Source: Phoronis australis
Lineage: Eukaryota > Animalia > Phoronida
Direction of reading: 5' to 3'
DNA: 64,000 bases
NCBI GenBank assembly: GCA_002633005.1
Contig: NMRA01000490.1
Coordinates: 262,475-326,474 of the forward strand
Shown here: one piece after another, positions 26,201 to 41,200 of the stretch
Layout: every line of letters starts with the position of its first letter
How positions within the stretch are numbered: the first letter of the stretch is position 1
Notes under the pieces: generated by a model
The model's input: only the letters and a program-made list of their open reading frames with translations
Told to the model about the DNA's origin: nothing
The model's database searches: none
Position numbers and translations under genes: made by a program

Positions 26201-29200
26201 CGATATTTCGCCGCGATTATGAGTTCTTACTTGTAGACAGTGATTTTTGAGAAAGCTCTTAACCTCTTTTGAAAAAACTTCCGACTGTCTTGCCGAGTTC
26301 AGGCTAAAGTCGGATAATGTTCGCACTGGAATAGGTAGTGCAATAACCCCCCGCGCTGCTTTCTCAATCAGAAAATAATTATGCCAAGCTACCCGTATTA
26401 TTTGGATTAATAACGATTTCTTGGCTGGTGAAGAATTGACAATTCTGTATTTCTTCGAACCAAGCTCATTAATTTTCTGGAATCATTAACTTCCTAACAA
26501 CTTGTGTGTGTTATGGTGGTCAAGCCAGTCTCGCCATCTGGTGACTTGCACAGGTTGATGTCAGCCTCCGAATCGGTACGAGTCCGCCAGAAGTCGTAAA
26601 TTATGCAACTAGTTTCAATTCTAGGTAATAACGAGAACACAGTGGCATTTGGAACTACAAGCCAATGTGAGATTCATGCACTTGTTACTATCGTATATGC
26701 GCATTTTAAACCCATAAACTGCACCAAGTCCTATTTTCGGAATGACGTAACCTCCAATTAGGAATTTTGTGTCATCTTGTTCTATAGCGAGTGTTTCTGG
26801 CTTCCTGGTACCAGTTAAACCAAAAAACAACTGAGGCAAAAGAGGTGCTGTCGCTTACAACGGGCTGGGGATTGCCGTCGCGAACGCGACAAATGTCCAC
26901 GTCTTCAAACAGAATTACTGGGACTTTGTGCGTGGTTCGTTACTGTGGACCTCAGCTCATTACTATTTCACTCTATTTTATTTTATTTATTTAACAAATT
27001 TTACTAATTTTAAACTAATTCACTTTATTAGCTTTTCGATCTAATTGTACATAGCTGTCTGTATTTTATTTCATGTAATTATTTCTGACTGGTCCCACTT
27101 GAAAATTAGTGTATACACTGAAGGGGTCTTTTAAAGAAGTTTAAATAAATAAATAAATACTCAGTTTAGGGATAACCGCCTTCTCTTAGGCGCATGCACC
27201 TATACATCACTTGAGTATAAAGTACATTAAAAATTTGCAACACACGTGGGAGTGGCGGGTATACAAATAGACGAGAAAAGACTATTTGTTTATAAAATTC
27301 CTGTGAATCATAACTTAAATTATAACCTTATTTGTGTTTAGGAAATGAAAATAGGAATTTCTTAAAAACGAAATTAACACTCCGACAGGTGAGGTTAGCG
27401 GCTGTTGACAATAGTTTCGTCTTAGGCTATATTTAGTATTGAAGACAAACAATAGGTAGCGCAGTAAGCATTGCACTAAGCATTGATTTATTAAACTAGC
27501 ATGTTAACGATAGTTTTTGCGAATATTCGGCCTATTTGTTTTTTGTGTTTGCTTCTGTTAAAAATCTATAAGCAGAGTAAATTAGATGTCATATGTTTAG
27601 TTTTGTTCGCATCGACTGTGCGAAATTTTAGAAGTCAGAATGAGTACTTAGTTCTTATTGGATAATGATAACGAGTCTCGCCATAAATGGAGTGTGATAC
27701 CAAAAAGCTGACCGATGTGTGATCTGGATGTTGTTTTGTGAAACATTTTGGTATGCCATGTGCTAGTTTGTTTGAAGCAATCTTTGGACTGCGACATGGC
27801 TTCAGACAAGGACGATTTAGAAAGTCGCGAAGGGTCTGAATCGACAGTAAGTTTTAGCAGGCGTATATGTTGCCTGCAACCAACCATGCGCATGTCTCAT
27901 TCATTAGTTGCCCGTTTCTGTATCGCATCGGGACTAAGCATTTTGATTTTGATTTTGCCCGCTCATCACATCAACACTGTATGCGCAAAATTTCGTTAGG
28001 CGAATTGCCAGTTTTGAGTCTTGGTCAATTTGTAACTTTGTAGACGTAGTCGGGCTACAGACTCGATTTATTCGATCTCCCACCAGCAGTTTTGCTATAG
28101 ACTGTAGGCAACTTATTGCCTGTAGGGCGTTTTAATCTAATCAAAGAGTTTTGATTTGTTTTTGATGTGTCTAGCTCACTTAGTGTTGATTTAAGGATCA
28201 ACCTCTTGATCAAATTATTTCTTTTCCAATTAATTTGCCATTGCAGGCTTATAATATGGCTGACAATGTTGATATACTTGTTTTATCATTTCATTCTATT
28301 CCATTATTTCTTTGAGAGAAAATGAACTTAATTTAACTTTTGATGAAGCGAACTCATTTTTAGAAACCAAACAGTTAAAATATCACGAAGCTCAGTCTAC
28401 GACATTGCAATTAATTTCTGTAAGTGTGTTATTGGTACAGTCACCCCTTATGTTCAAAGCTGCCAGTCGCTCAACACAGAAAGAAGTTAGATCAGTGTTG
28501 ACGATAAGCAGAATTGATGACGCCAACAGTTTTTATACAAATCTATTGAAGAAGGTTTGATGAAACTGGCCGAGTACTTAATGTTCAGCTATCATGATCG
28601 GATCTCTGCACAAGTTCAAAAAGATGTCATTAGTAACGGGAATGAAACCCTAAAATAGATTCTGGCCGACTGGTCACCCGTGACATGAATTTTATGAGCT
28701 TAGTCTGAGGAAATAACAAACAGCTTGTCCTTTTCAAGCCCAAAAGTCACTTTTTTGGACTCGGGAGCAATTTGAGACTAATTTCATAACGGCAAGTGGT
28801 CTAAACAAAACATGATTTTTTGACAGCTAAATACACAAGCTTAATGCCAGTTTAGTGCTGGTTTTAGAAATAGAAATTTTGTAAAACACAATCCACCCCA
28901 TTTTCACTTGGCAATTTGTGAACGTGGTCAATGAGGTTAAACTTTTTATTTCTTGTGGGAAGGTACGGGATGTGCTACTGTGACTAATAATTTATACACC
29001 GTCAATCCTATCAGGAATGCCAGGTGGGAAAGATTAAGGTCTTACCAGCTGTACACCTGAACTGTTTCTTTTTATGTTGATATCACATGCAATATGGTTT
29101 AACTCATCAATAATAAAGTCATTTGTAGAAAGTTCAAATGCAATTGGACTGTTGTTGTGATTTACTTGTGGATTAAATGCATTTGGTAGAAATTCTGAGC

Positions 29201-32200
29201 TCTTTTAATGAAATCTAGTCTGAACCAGGCACACGTACGGTAGTGTAGCACTAAGCCTTGAACAATTAGGCCTACTTACACACTCAGTGTCAATTTGGTG
29301 TTATGAAATGTTGAAGTTTATTATTTGATAAACTACAGACACCTTGGTAGCCATTAATTAACACTTTTTAAAAGATAAAATCATTAAATTAACTTTATGA
29401 GATACAATCATCAAATTCTAAAACCACAGTAACTTATTACGTTATCTCGTTATCTCGTATTGTGTCACGATAAGATAATAACGAATTGTTATTATAAGGT
29501 TTAAGAGCGATTGTGTTGTCTTCACTGCCCAAGCCGCTCGCTGTTGCAGTTGTATGAAACATGCTAAATTGTGTCATTTTTTGGATGCCATTTTAACAAT
29601 CACTTGTAACAGTCCAATGTCATTTGACTAAACCAAGCAATGTGGACTTTCAAACACTGCCATTGGGTTATTTACGTCACAGTGTCATTTACTTGAAGTA
29701 TTTTTTGAAGATTTTTAAATTACATTCCTCAACTAGACTCAGTAACATCAACTACCTAGCAACTGGTACTTAAGAAATTCATTGTGTCAGTTATTAAAGG
29801 GATACTAAACCCTGTTTTGATGATTTCAGCCAATCCTTCATCATCTGCTTATGCATCATTGGCGTCAATCTTGAAAGATAGAAACAGGAATCCACTAAAA
29901 CCGCCCAGTGTCACAGATTGGATAGTATGGTTGTTGAGGGGAGGTCTTCCCCGACAGCTGTAATTTGCTAAAAGTGTAGGTTACGCTTTCCCGTTTAGCG
30001 GACATCGAAAGAAGTTCTCAAATTTTCCTCCAATCTTTTGAGGGTTGCCGAGGGTTATAGAGCATTATTTTGTTTCAGGGAATTAGATGGGAATGTTGGG
30101 TTTGGTATCCTTTTAACATTAATCCAAGTGATTTATTTTTTAATTCGGTTGTACTTTAAGTAATTACAGAACCATTTAAGTGATGTCAGTGTTTGAAGTT
30201 GTCACATTTTAAAGTACGTGTAACATGACTAGACATCTATTCCTCAATTGGCAGCAGGAAATGAAGTATTGGCTTGGTCAGAGTATGGACTAATGGTGAA
30301 ACTTTTTTCAAGTTCTAAATATTTGCCTCGGTATTGTTTCTTGTTAAGTAAACACTGACTGAATGGTGAAGAGAAATATTGTGATACAGCTGAATTCTTC
30401 GATTGCAAATATTTTTGTTCTGTAGAAATGTAACCCAAATTAACTCAACTAATTGCACGACGTGGTTGAGCCATGTTCACTTGAGTAGCCTATTGAACGC
30501 TTGTCCCTAGCACATGGCGTGTTTCCATGGACTTGTCGATGTATTGATTCTACTCTCACTTGTTTTAACCATATATGCTCTTGAGTCATCAACATATGTG
30601 GCTGCTCTAATCCTTGAGTCGAATTTTCAAGGTCATTCCCAAGGTCATCCTTTTTGATGCGTTTGTTCCTGCCCCTTAAGTTTTGCAATTGCAATATGCT
30701 CTTTAGTGTTCGTTCAAACTGTGCTTTGTTTCAGTAGCAGTTGGCTCTGATGGAATACTCTAGCAAAAGATTTGAGAGGTCACCTCTATTGGTACTTTTA
30801 AATCTTCTTACATAGTTGATAGTCCACTGGTTATTTAGGATTAAAAATGTCCACATTTGGGTAACCCCGGAACATCACATTTCAGAAATGTCCGATTCCC
30901 GACTATAGTAACTTTTAAGGAAAATTTACACGTTGGTTGTCACAGTTTGGAGCACAGCTTTCACCAAACAACATTCGGTGGAATTTAAGGTTACACAACA
31001 TATGAAATCTTCATGCATTTTTAACATAGTGATTCAGCTTATAGAACTACAATGATTACTAAAACTATTTTAAATTGGTATTGAACCTTGGCCTTGGTTG
31101 AACTTGGTCAAATTTAGCCACAAGAGGGCAGCGTGCGCATGTGTGTGACTGAGAAGTGAATATCTCGGCTAACAAATAATATCAAAAACAAATTGTGTTG
31201 AGATCAGACCCAGGCTTCGGAGTGGTTGCAGCCCAGCAGTTTGCTAGTAGAACTAAAATCTAATGTGGCTAGTCCTCCAGTATAAATATCCTACATAACT
31301 GAGAAGGTCACCAGCCTCAGTTACAATTAAATCTTCCGAATGGCTAGAAGCCAATTCCAGGATCCCTGATTTCTAATTAAATCACGAAACAACAAATTTT
31401 GTTTTTTTTATTGCTCTTACCAAAGCTAGTAACTTTACAAAGTCTGTATCCAACCCATCAATAATCATGAAAATGTGTTTTTCCGACCACGAAAGTAATT
31501 GTTTCCTTTTCAAGGCTCTTGTGATAAGCACCCTCACCTTGGGTTTGGCTGTGAGTATGTTTGGGAAATGACAGATATAACGTGCCCGCATTTTGAGAAC
31601 CAGTTTTCTCCACTGAATAATGGGTGTCAAACTGGTGAGCGCGTTTTATCCGTATGTATGTGCCTGGATATACTGTGTCTTAATTATCAAGGTGAATAAA
31701 TAATCGGGTTTCCCATATTTATTGATTTTAAAAGCCAGTACTCTATCTGTTTACACTACCATTTGCAAATTGGTAAATGGCGAGGCGTGAATGGTTGTTG
31801 CCAGCAATCATTGTTCACGAAAGAATGGGATAATTTGGTGTTGAAAAATAGCTCAAACTTGAAAATATTCCACACTTTGGGCACTCTCTAAAGTTTCAGA
31901 CACTGAATTCAATGTCGAAACTGAATTTTGTTGGTTCTGAAGATTGGAACTTGGGCGATTTTTGTGTTGAGGATATTTCTCAAATTGGGGACACTGTGTT
32001 TTGTATTTGTCAACGGACACAGAAAATAGACTTGGCAGTTCATAAAATATTGAAGATAACCCCCAACTCAATGTTTTCGGGCCTACCCACAGTGTGCACT
32101 GTTGAGGTGAATGATCGTTGACAGTATTTTTTTTTCTTAAATTTGGTACATCCAATACTTCCTATATTTAAAACTTGGTGCAAATTCCAACTTTGTGCAA

Positions 32201-35200
32201 AATAGTTATTCTCATTCCCAAACTGAAGTATTTTTTAACCGTGGACGTGTTTACGATGTTATTTGTGCAAGACAACATTTTACTGTAATACTCTTGATCT
32301 ACGGTAGACACAGTAAGTGACAGATACCTGATGGCAGTTTCTCTTCAAGTTTGGTTGAATAATCACCTCTACTTGAAGATGCCTTGAGCAAACAGTCTCT
32401 GCTTAATTAACCAGTGTATATAAACAAGGTTAAAATGCTAGAACATGCTTAGGTGATTTAGGTTTAATGGTAATGACAAAATAAACCTCCTAGAATTTAA
32501 GCTTTTGACTTCAAGGGTTTATCAGATGAGAATGCTTTTCCAAACCTCTTGTAAAATTCTGTTCGTAGTTTGTATCGTACTCCTCAATTAAGATTCTGTC
32601 CACTGGTGTGTAACAATTTGAATTAGCAAATAATTTGCGCACTGTATGTTTGTATTAATGGTAATTTGTACGGTTTTGTACATTGGATTAATAGAGCGAT
32701 TACCACCCCCTATTGGCGAGTTTCACACCTCAGGGGGGATATGAGGGAGGTTATATCCACTCGGTAATTCCAGTAAATGTATGGCTGTGTAATTCAGGTC
32801 AGTGACGATAATGATGGTTATGTTGATATTGATGATGGTGAAGTGAATGTAATGGAAACCATTCTATTAGAAGTTGATTTCGATTAATTTTAATCAAATG
32901 CGACAATAACTCAGTGCCTCGTAACTTGTCTGGGCTCTGATTCTCGAGGAAATGCCTTACTTTTGAGTTTGGATATTGATAGAACATTAACCGGGCTTTT
33001 TTACTTTGTACTGCATCACGAACAGAATGTATTCAGGTGGACGGGAATTGTCAGACGGCTGTGATAAATACATGTGCGGTGGGACATGCAGTTGAAGGTT
33101 AGAACAGGTGTGAAGTAGCCAGAATACTTCAGAGGCTCTTTCTGGAGTGTAAAATCTTGGCATAGCAAAGCCAATGTGATCATGTGTTTTTTTTCATGTC
33201 ATTGGGTGTGTCTTACATTTGCTTGCGTAATCTCGCCAAAATTTTTGTCCATGCATATGTTCCATGAAAATTCAGCTTTTTATCAATAAGCGAGAGTCAT
33301 TTTTCTTCTCACTTTTTATTATCTCCCCTGAAACTTGATTACGGAGGGTAAAAAATGGTTGATTTAGGACACGATTTTGTAAAAAAGTGGAATTTCATTT
33401 TGTCAAAGTTCTCAGCAAATAACTTTCCTTTAAAGATTTACTTTGATTTTAGAATTATGTTTGTACTGTCACCAAAACATTGCTTTTGAACAGATTTCAT
33501 TGTAGTTTCTGCTGCAGTATGTTAGAAGAGTTGAAAAAGCCAAAAGTCGTAATTTTAGCTTTTTATTTTGTGCCAAATTGGAGAATTTTTCTTCTAGTAC
33601 TGGGTAGTGCTATGCTTCAGTTTACACAATGGCTGACTCAAGTTCCACTAGGTGGAGCTAGTATGATGCCAGTCTTAATAGAAATATATTCATTTGCGTT
33701 ATCACAAAGGACCATAACACCCCACAATGCCTTCGTGTGGACAAACTGTTTTCCGATCTTGATTGCCATGAGTGCCACCTAGCGAGCAGGATGTTTCCGT
33801 GTGCCTCTATCAGTATCATTTAGATAACGGTTGCACAGAATAGTGTGTCTGCCATGCATTGAATAACAAGTCAACTGTGTCTAGTGCTAATATCATCATA
33901 TGCTACTGATTGGGTGCATGCTGGTGTTAATAATTCAGCTGACATCTAAATGATTAATCGCTTGTATGATGCGATTGATTGTCACCGAGACTGAAATGGT
34001 ATACACCGTGGGCAAAATGCCTATTTGACACGTGTAACGTAGGAACGTTTCTGGCGAACATTAGCTTTTTTGTATTGTATCCCTTTTGTTAATTGGCTGC
34101 TCTCAAACGCTAACAGACAAGCCCCAATAAATGACAAACCCCATGACATCGTTTCACTAAATGTCAGGAGTGGGGTGGGCGGTCATAGCAACTAATGTAT
34201 GAAATGTGCTGCCGCCTGCCAGATAAGAAAGTGCACATGACAGATTCACAAATTACTATCACATTTAAACACGCCATTAAGTGAAATCGTCTATAAAAAT
34301 GAGAAACAAGATGCAAGCTGGTACTTCTACAGTTACTGTTAGTCATAAATTTCAAGGGATATTAAGTGCGGAATAAACTTTAACGGAAAAAACCTTTAAC
34401 GGAATAGCCTCTTGATTAGCTGTCTCGACAGAATTTCAAAAACAAATTAAGAACGAGGAATTATTATGAATGGCGTTAATTGTTCACATTTTTACCATGC
34501 ATGTTATAAAGTAAAGTGTCATTACTAGGTGTCATTTAAAGCCACATTTTCACTGTTAAAATCTCCGCCTGTCTTCGCTGGCGTATTTGCTCACTCAGCA
34601 TCATCGTGTCTTTTTTGTTTGAATTGAAGTCGGCTACAGTCACCTTGAATCCCCGGCCCCTGGCGGCCATATTGCTTGCCTACATCAACTAGTAAACCAG
34701 CTGTGACTGGCAACTTAGGGGGGCGGGCCTTAAGCGATGACGAACTGTCAGTATGCCTTGGACATAGAAATCATTGATAATCTGAGCAAGGACTATTGCA
34801 ACTGTAGTTAACATGGAACTTCATGTTTATAGTGAATGCAGGCCACATAGTGGTGCTTGAGTTCAAAGTATAGTCTTCTTTAGTCATTGTTTCTTAAATT
34901 CATTTTCTTTGATGTTTGCATGCCAGACTTTGTTTAGAGAAACAACTACCCTCACTATCAGTAGTTTGTTGACATAGCTACCCATAATGATTGAGGTGCT
35001 GGTTGTACAAATGCAAATAACCTATTTTCTCTCCATTTTGCCCGAATATGGCAATAGCAAAATAATTATAAGTTGTGTTAAGCGCTACATTGACACGTAA
35101 AAAATTACTTTAAAGTATGATTCCATAAAAATGACAACTGAATGTCTGGGTTCAAGGCCTCTAGTTTTGTAGACATTCGGCTATATACAGAGACCTATCA

Positions 35201-38200
35201 TCAAGGTCTTATGTAAACTCAAGAAATCAACCATTAATTTTTTATGTGTTTCTTGAATTTTAACATTTTGTCTTGTTACTGTGATAGCATTTTGGAGTTT
35301 ATTACGGCTCGTAGTTATACTGGAAAACAAAGTTGTCTTGGAATAGGCCATGCGCTGTAATCTTGAAGTGCAGTCGCTCTGGTTCTCGTCATGGATGGAG
35401 TGCTGTTGATCACCGAACCGTGTGTAGATTCTCATGCTGAAGTATATATCCACCATCTATTAGCCGTCCCTTGACACTAACTGGAGCATCAGTATTGACT
35501 TGTGACCAGCTTGTCAAACATTCATCAGCTGTTTGAATATCTTATGGATATCATAATTCAACTAGGCTTTTATTTATACAGTCTTGCAAAATTGACTTTG
35601 GCAACTGCAGAAGTGTGCTTGTTGGTTCAGGCTGAATCTTGTGTTTGTGTTTGTGTTGCTGTTGGTATATTCTCCTCCAGGTTGTACGCTTGTGCCTGAA
35701 ATTGGTCGCAAAATGCAATTTTGACGAATTTTTAAGGTAGTAAGGAAGATTTTGCGCAATAAATTTTATAGAGAATTACGTAAACACTGGTTTATTTGCT
35801 GGCCCTTTTTTTCCAAGATGTGGTTGATTTTAAGTCACAGAAAAGTAGATAACACCTCCGACCACCAGAGGTAAAGGCGACTGAAAAGAACAGTTTTGCT
35901 CATTACCTTAACAGTGACTTAATCGAAAACTAACGCAATAATTGAGAGATTGTACTAATTAACTCATTATAATGACGTAATTAATAATAAAAATGTTTGC
36001 TAGGAGTGAATTAAATGTCTGTGGGCGTAGCCTAGCATAAGTTAAGTCGTGTAACATTCGCAGGTGGGTTCACTATCCTGTTAACTGATGTCTTTTTGGT
36101 CCTGTTTTTGTTCATGTTTTTTCACTTTTGTCAGTCTTTATGTGGATTCTGTGTTGTAGTGTGACAGTTCAGATCTTCCTCAATAGATGTCTCTGTGTGT
36201 TTCTACTTTGCTCACAGAGTGTCGCCAGTAGTTCCTTCATTGAATGTGCAAGAGAAAGATCTCTATTCAGGTCGTTGCTTTGTTGTAAGGGAATGGTTTT
36301 TCAACTTTAATGAAGCAAAGTTAATTTAGTTTAAAAAAAGAAAAAAGTACGTGTTGATTTTCTCTTAAGACAATTTCATGAGAAGGAATTGAATTTTTTT
36401 TGTTTGTGCATGATAATTTAGTGCTGAAAGCTGTATACGCGCGGATTGAAATGTGAACTGCATACTCTACTCTGACACATTAGAAATTTTCTTTCTTCAT
36501 TTGTGTCTTGCTGTCTGTGGTCATTATTGATTTAATTTTCTGATAGTATGTCTTGCAAACAATACTGTTGATCACACGCTGATGTGACTACTCAGTTGTC
36601 ACACATACCTGATCCCTAACTTCTTTCCGTTCGATAGAATAAAGTACTTTCCTGGAAACTAATCTTCTGCACATCATAGAAAAAGTATAATGCATTATTT
36701 AATGCTTTCAGATACATTGAAGCAGCCAATGTTAAGAATGTGCTTCTAAATGTCGAGTATTATGGCAGTTTGACACCTTCGTTTATCACTAGGTCAGTGC
36801 ATTCATAATTCGCTGATTGTCAATTTTATTTTTACCCCTATGTCGTTCTTTATCTTTTCATCTGGGTGATCATACATTATTATTTTCAATGATGGCATTA
36901 TCAATTATTGCCGTTTCTATGCCAGTTTGTGAAGTCTTGTGTGAGCTTGACAAACTACTGTAAAATCTCGCTAATGCTTGCTAAAATGAGTAATTTTTCA
37001 TTTTTTAACACTTTTTACATTGCGAATGGCCACAGTTGCTCGGAATCATTTGCCTATTGTTAGCTATGGCATAGATCTTTATAAATGATAAAGCATTTAT
37101 TCGTTGTTACTTATCTTTTATGAGCCATATTGTAATCATATTTGGTGAGACTTGACTGTATTCTGTATATTTATGCGTCATTTTCTGTGCGGGTTGTTTG
37201 AGTTGCTGGCTTTGTGCGCTGTTTTAACTCCATGTGTTGTTAACAAATGTTGTTAATATTTCCATACAGTTTCTAGACAGTGTTATGTGTTGTTTGTTTT
37301 TTTTTGCTATCGAAAATAAAGTACCACTTAACAAATAGACCAGTTTGTAAAAGAATTTCTTCAAATTCGAAGTACTGCCTTAACGTGTTCTTAACTACAT
37401 TACTTGGTGTTACTATTTATTTTTTGTCCTGATAAATTATCTGCCAAAGCCCTAGAGGTTTCGGTAGCTTATTGTACATGATAATTTCGATGAGAAAACA
37501 TTGAACTGCAGATCTGCAAATTGCTTTTAAATTGGGAATGATAACGCTACTTTACGCTGCAGTCATAGTTAATTTTTGGGTAGGAAACGGAATTCTCGCG
37601 AGGCATTTCTGCACTGTTTTGCCTCCATTTGTTCGTTTTGTTTTCAAGGACACCAATGAAAACAAAACGGTTTCTGATACTTTAAAACATTCTTCAGTTT
37701 CTTGTAAAATGATCATGCTTTTCTCTGTTGTTTTCTCGTTTTACATCCAATTGCAGGTGTTTGATAGAATTAAATAGTTTAATTTTCAGAGTTAGTAAAT
37801 ATTTTGTCTGTTCACAATAAACTGCAGGTTGCTTCATGTGTGCATGTTTGATCACATTGGTCATAGTTGGTCAGGGTTTGCAAAGTAACCCTGTCCAATG
37901 CACTCATGCATAGCTTTTGCCAAGGTAGCATACATATTTCACTAGTACCTATTTTCAATTGCGGTTCAATTTTCTTCAGTTTAGAGGACAAAGTGTGGTG
38001 TCGGAGTGGAATTTCCAGTTTTCAAAGTTCTCAACAACAAGCACTTTTAATTCGTTGCTAACATGGTTTGGCTTTCACCTGACAACTTTTGGAGAAAGTT
38101 TGAGTGTTTCGCATTAATCTGGGAACATATATAGCAGTAATAATTATTTATCTTGTATTCCAATGTTTGCCGTAGGCGTAGTTGCAAGATAAAGCTATAT

Positions 38201-41200
38201 GTTCTTGATTTTGGCTAAGTGGCACAATAGACAACAAAAACAGTAGCATATGTCAATCTGTTGGATGCTGTTGTTCTATCCAACATATGTCAATCTGTTG
38301 GATGCTGTTGTTCTATCCAACAAGATAGTAGGCCATATGTAGGGGGGTTTTGTCATTGGCTGCAAACTGTGCATGGTGGGTAATTAAAAAGGAGGAATTC
38401 CCTCACGTCACGTCACGGTTCAAAGCCCCCTGTACTGAAAGGCCGCCCCAGGCAGTGGTACTGTTACCAGCTGTTGGCTCATCTTTTGCAGGCCAAACAA
38501 TTTGTATTCTTACAGAAGTCTTACGCACTGCTGACTGCAAATTGTATTGAACTGAACTATATTAATCATGATGTGTTGCGGACATTGAGAGATCAGCCTC
38601 TGTTTGATTGATTCGCTACCAGATTGTTCATCAACATCACTCTTGATGGCTTATTACTGCACAACTCTGTCTACCCAGCTTCCGAACTGTGCTGGATTTC
38701 ACTGACTAGACTTACATTGTGTCTACTGTTGATTGCGAAAAATTTACCTCATGATTTTCGCTGCGTAGTTTAAGCGCCTTTAAAGGGTGTGGTTACTCTA
38801 TAGTTCAAGCTGTGAAGATCTTTATGTTGTTCCTACACTAGTCATGTTCACCCATGCTCATCTGTGCTACTTTTTAGCACATGTCTGACATTTACTCAAC
38901 CTTCTCCCTGTTTTGTGCGCTCCTCTCACTGTCGGAGAAGCACCATAAGGAGATGCAACATACGGATATGATTTGACACTTCTTATACGTTGTACCGTGT
39001 TCAGGTAATTCTGAAAGAAAGGACTGGTATTGATTGTAGACGGTGCTTCACTAATACTGTCAAGTTAGTTGGTGTTTGGCTTCATCCAGGGACTGATGTA
39101 CAGTGGAAGACATCTGTCGTATTTCTTGCCTCTACTCTAATGGCTGGATTGCAGAGATCAGGCTCCCGTAAGAGCACGCGTAGTAATGTCAGCCACTTCA
39201 GCTTGAAAAGTCAAGTAGGTGTTTTCACTGTAGACTTCTGCTTCATAATTCAACAACAGTTACAACTTACTGGACATGACTAAAGTTTGGTTTGGTTATG
39301 CTTTTAAATTAAGGGGTACTTAAGTTTAAGGGGTACTTAAGTTTGGTTTGCATATTTTTAAGTTATGGGGGGCTTAATATTGGTTTGCATATTTTTTAGG
39401 ATAAAGGGTGCTTAAATTTGGTTGGTATGTATTTTAAGTTGAGTTGTCCATAAATTTGGTTTGTATTTTTTAAAATTAAATGAACACTAAGTTCGGTTTG
39501 TATATACTTTAAAGTTAATGGGTCAATAAAATTAAGTTTCCAGAATTTTTTTAAATGAAGGAGGCATTAAATTTTGGTTCACGTATAAACATCTCTTAAG
39601 TTAAAGTGGCACTTAAGTTTGGTTTGCATCTTTTTAAGTTAAAGATGGGCGGTTTCGGAACTACCGTATATATACTTTATACGTCAAGAGGGAGACTAAA
39701 TGTTACTTTGACTGTACTGATGGTTTGTGTAGATTGTTTATTTCAAGATTACCTGCTGCTGGTAGTTGATAGTCCCTAAAAGATTTTCTGTGGCCCTTAT
39801 TCATTATCATCTCATAAAATCAAGAGTACTTAATATTTATTTATTCAGTAGAAGGTTGCTAAATGACATTATGCTCTGAATATATTATACTCAGCTTTCA
39901 GTTATTCTTCACAGTGTGGCGAATAAGTGAAAATCCATTTGGCCAAATTTCGTCTCAAAAATAGGATTAAAAATATTTTAGTCTGTTGATACCATAGTTT
40001 GTACTGGGCAGATGTCATAAAACGTCATGAAGCGTCATTTGGTGAAGTTTCCACTTTTTCTAGGAAAGTAATCAGTCTTTGAAAATGGAAAATAGCAATT
40101 TTGACAATTATTTTTGTGAGAAACATTTGGAGAATTGTGGGACTTTTATCAGAAAATGTGTATTTTGATGAGTTCAAAGTTGGAGATTATATATAACTTT
40201 CAATTAGCATTTCACAAAGGTTTTGCTCAGATAAACTTTGCCAGCGCCCTTGTTGCTAAGGTGTTGGAGAGAACAACTTCATAGTTGACAACCTTCCGAA
40301 ATAAAACAGCAGAATTTCTAGATCTAAGCTATACTGCAAGGGAGGGGTTCATGTTCAAGGGAGGGGGACATGTTCAAGGGAGGGGGACATGTTCAAGGGA
40401 GGGGGACATGTTCAAGGGAGGGGACATTTTCAATGAAGGGGGACATGTTCAAGGGAGGGGGACATGTTTAAGGGAGGGGGACATGTTCAAGGGAGGGGGG
40501 CATGTTCACTGCAGCACCCAAGAACTCCATGCTGTGAAATGGAACAGCGCAGAAGAGATAGATAGAAAATCATGCAAATGTATGAAAACGTATTGCAGCA
40601 CATTAACAACAGTGTCAGTATGTAAATTGTTTTGTCACTTTTGTCAGAAGGCAAGAGATTCTGATGGCGGCGAGACAAAGTTTTTGAAAGCGGAATAGTT
40701 CGCAACTATACAGCTGTTTCAAAAAGATAACATCTAAGAGTTCTTTGGATAAAGAATAATGGCGGAAATAAATGTCACTGCATAAATGATAAAATGTCCA
40801 GACTTTCTTCTTACGTTTGGTGACAAGTGCTAGGATACAAACTCTGCTAGTGATTTAGTAAAAATTCCCTTTTTTCCTTTTTTTAAATTTTGTCGGAATA
40901 GAATTTCACTTTCAGTCTGAGGCCTGTTTAAAAAAAGTGACGTAATACCCAAGTCAGAAATTAGTCTTGTATTGCACACAACTATTTCTGAAAAATAACT
41001 AAATGTCGTGGGTCAAAAGTGCAAAGTCTCTGAGAATATACACAAACTGGTAGTTACTGAAATAATTGCTTCAAATTATTTCCAAACTGTGATGTGCTCA
41101 GGCTTGGCTAAACCTTTTTCAGTAACTGTGATGTGGGATTGTCAGAATGTCTTAAGTCACTCTCATGATACAGACACCTGAATTTGAAATTGTATTAACG

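Noticed and set aside
35391-35441. [17 protein letters not shown] as a first exon
   Set aside because: Phase 0, but the donor GAA|GTATAT is poor.
40285-40698. Longest ORF in the track (137 aa)
   Set aside because: Open only because it crosses a stop-free 19-bp minisatellite.
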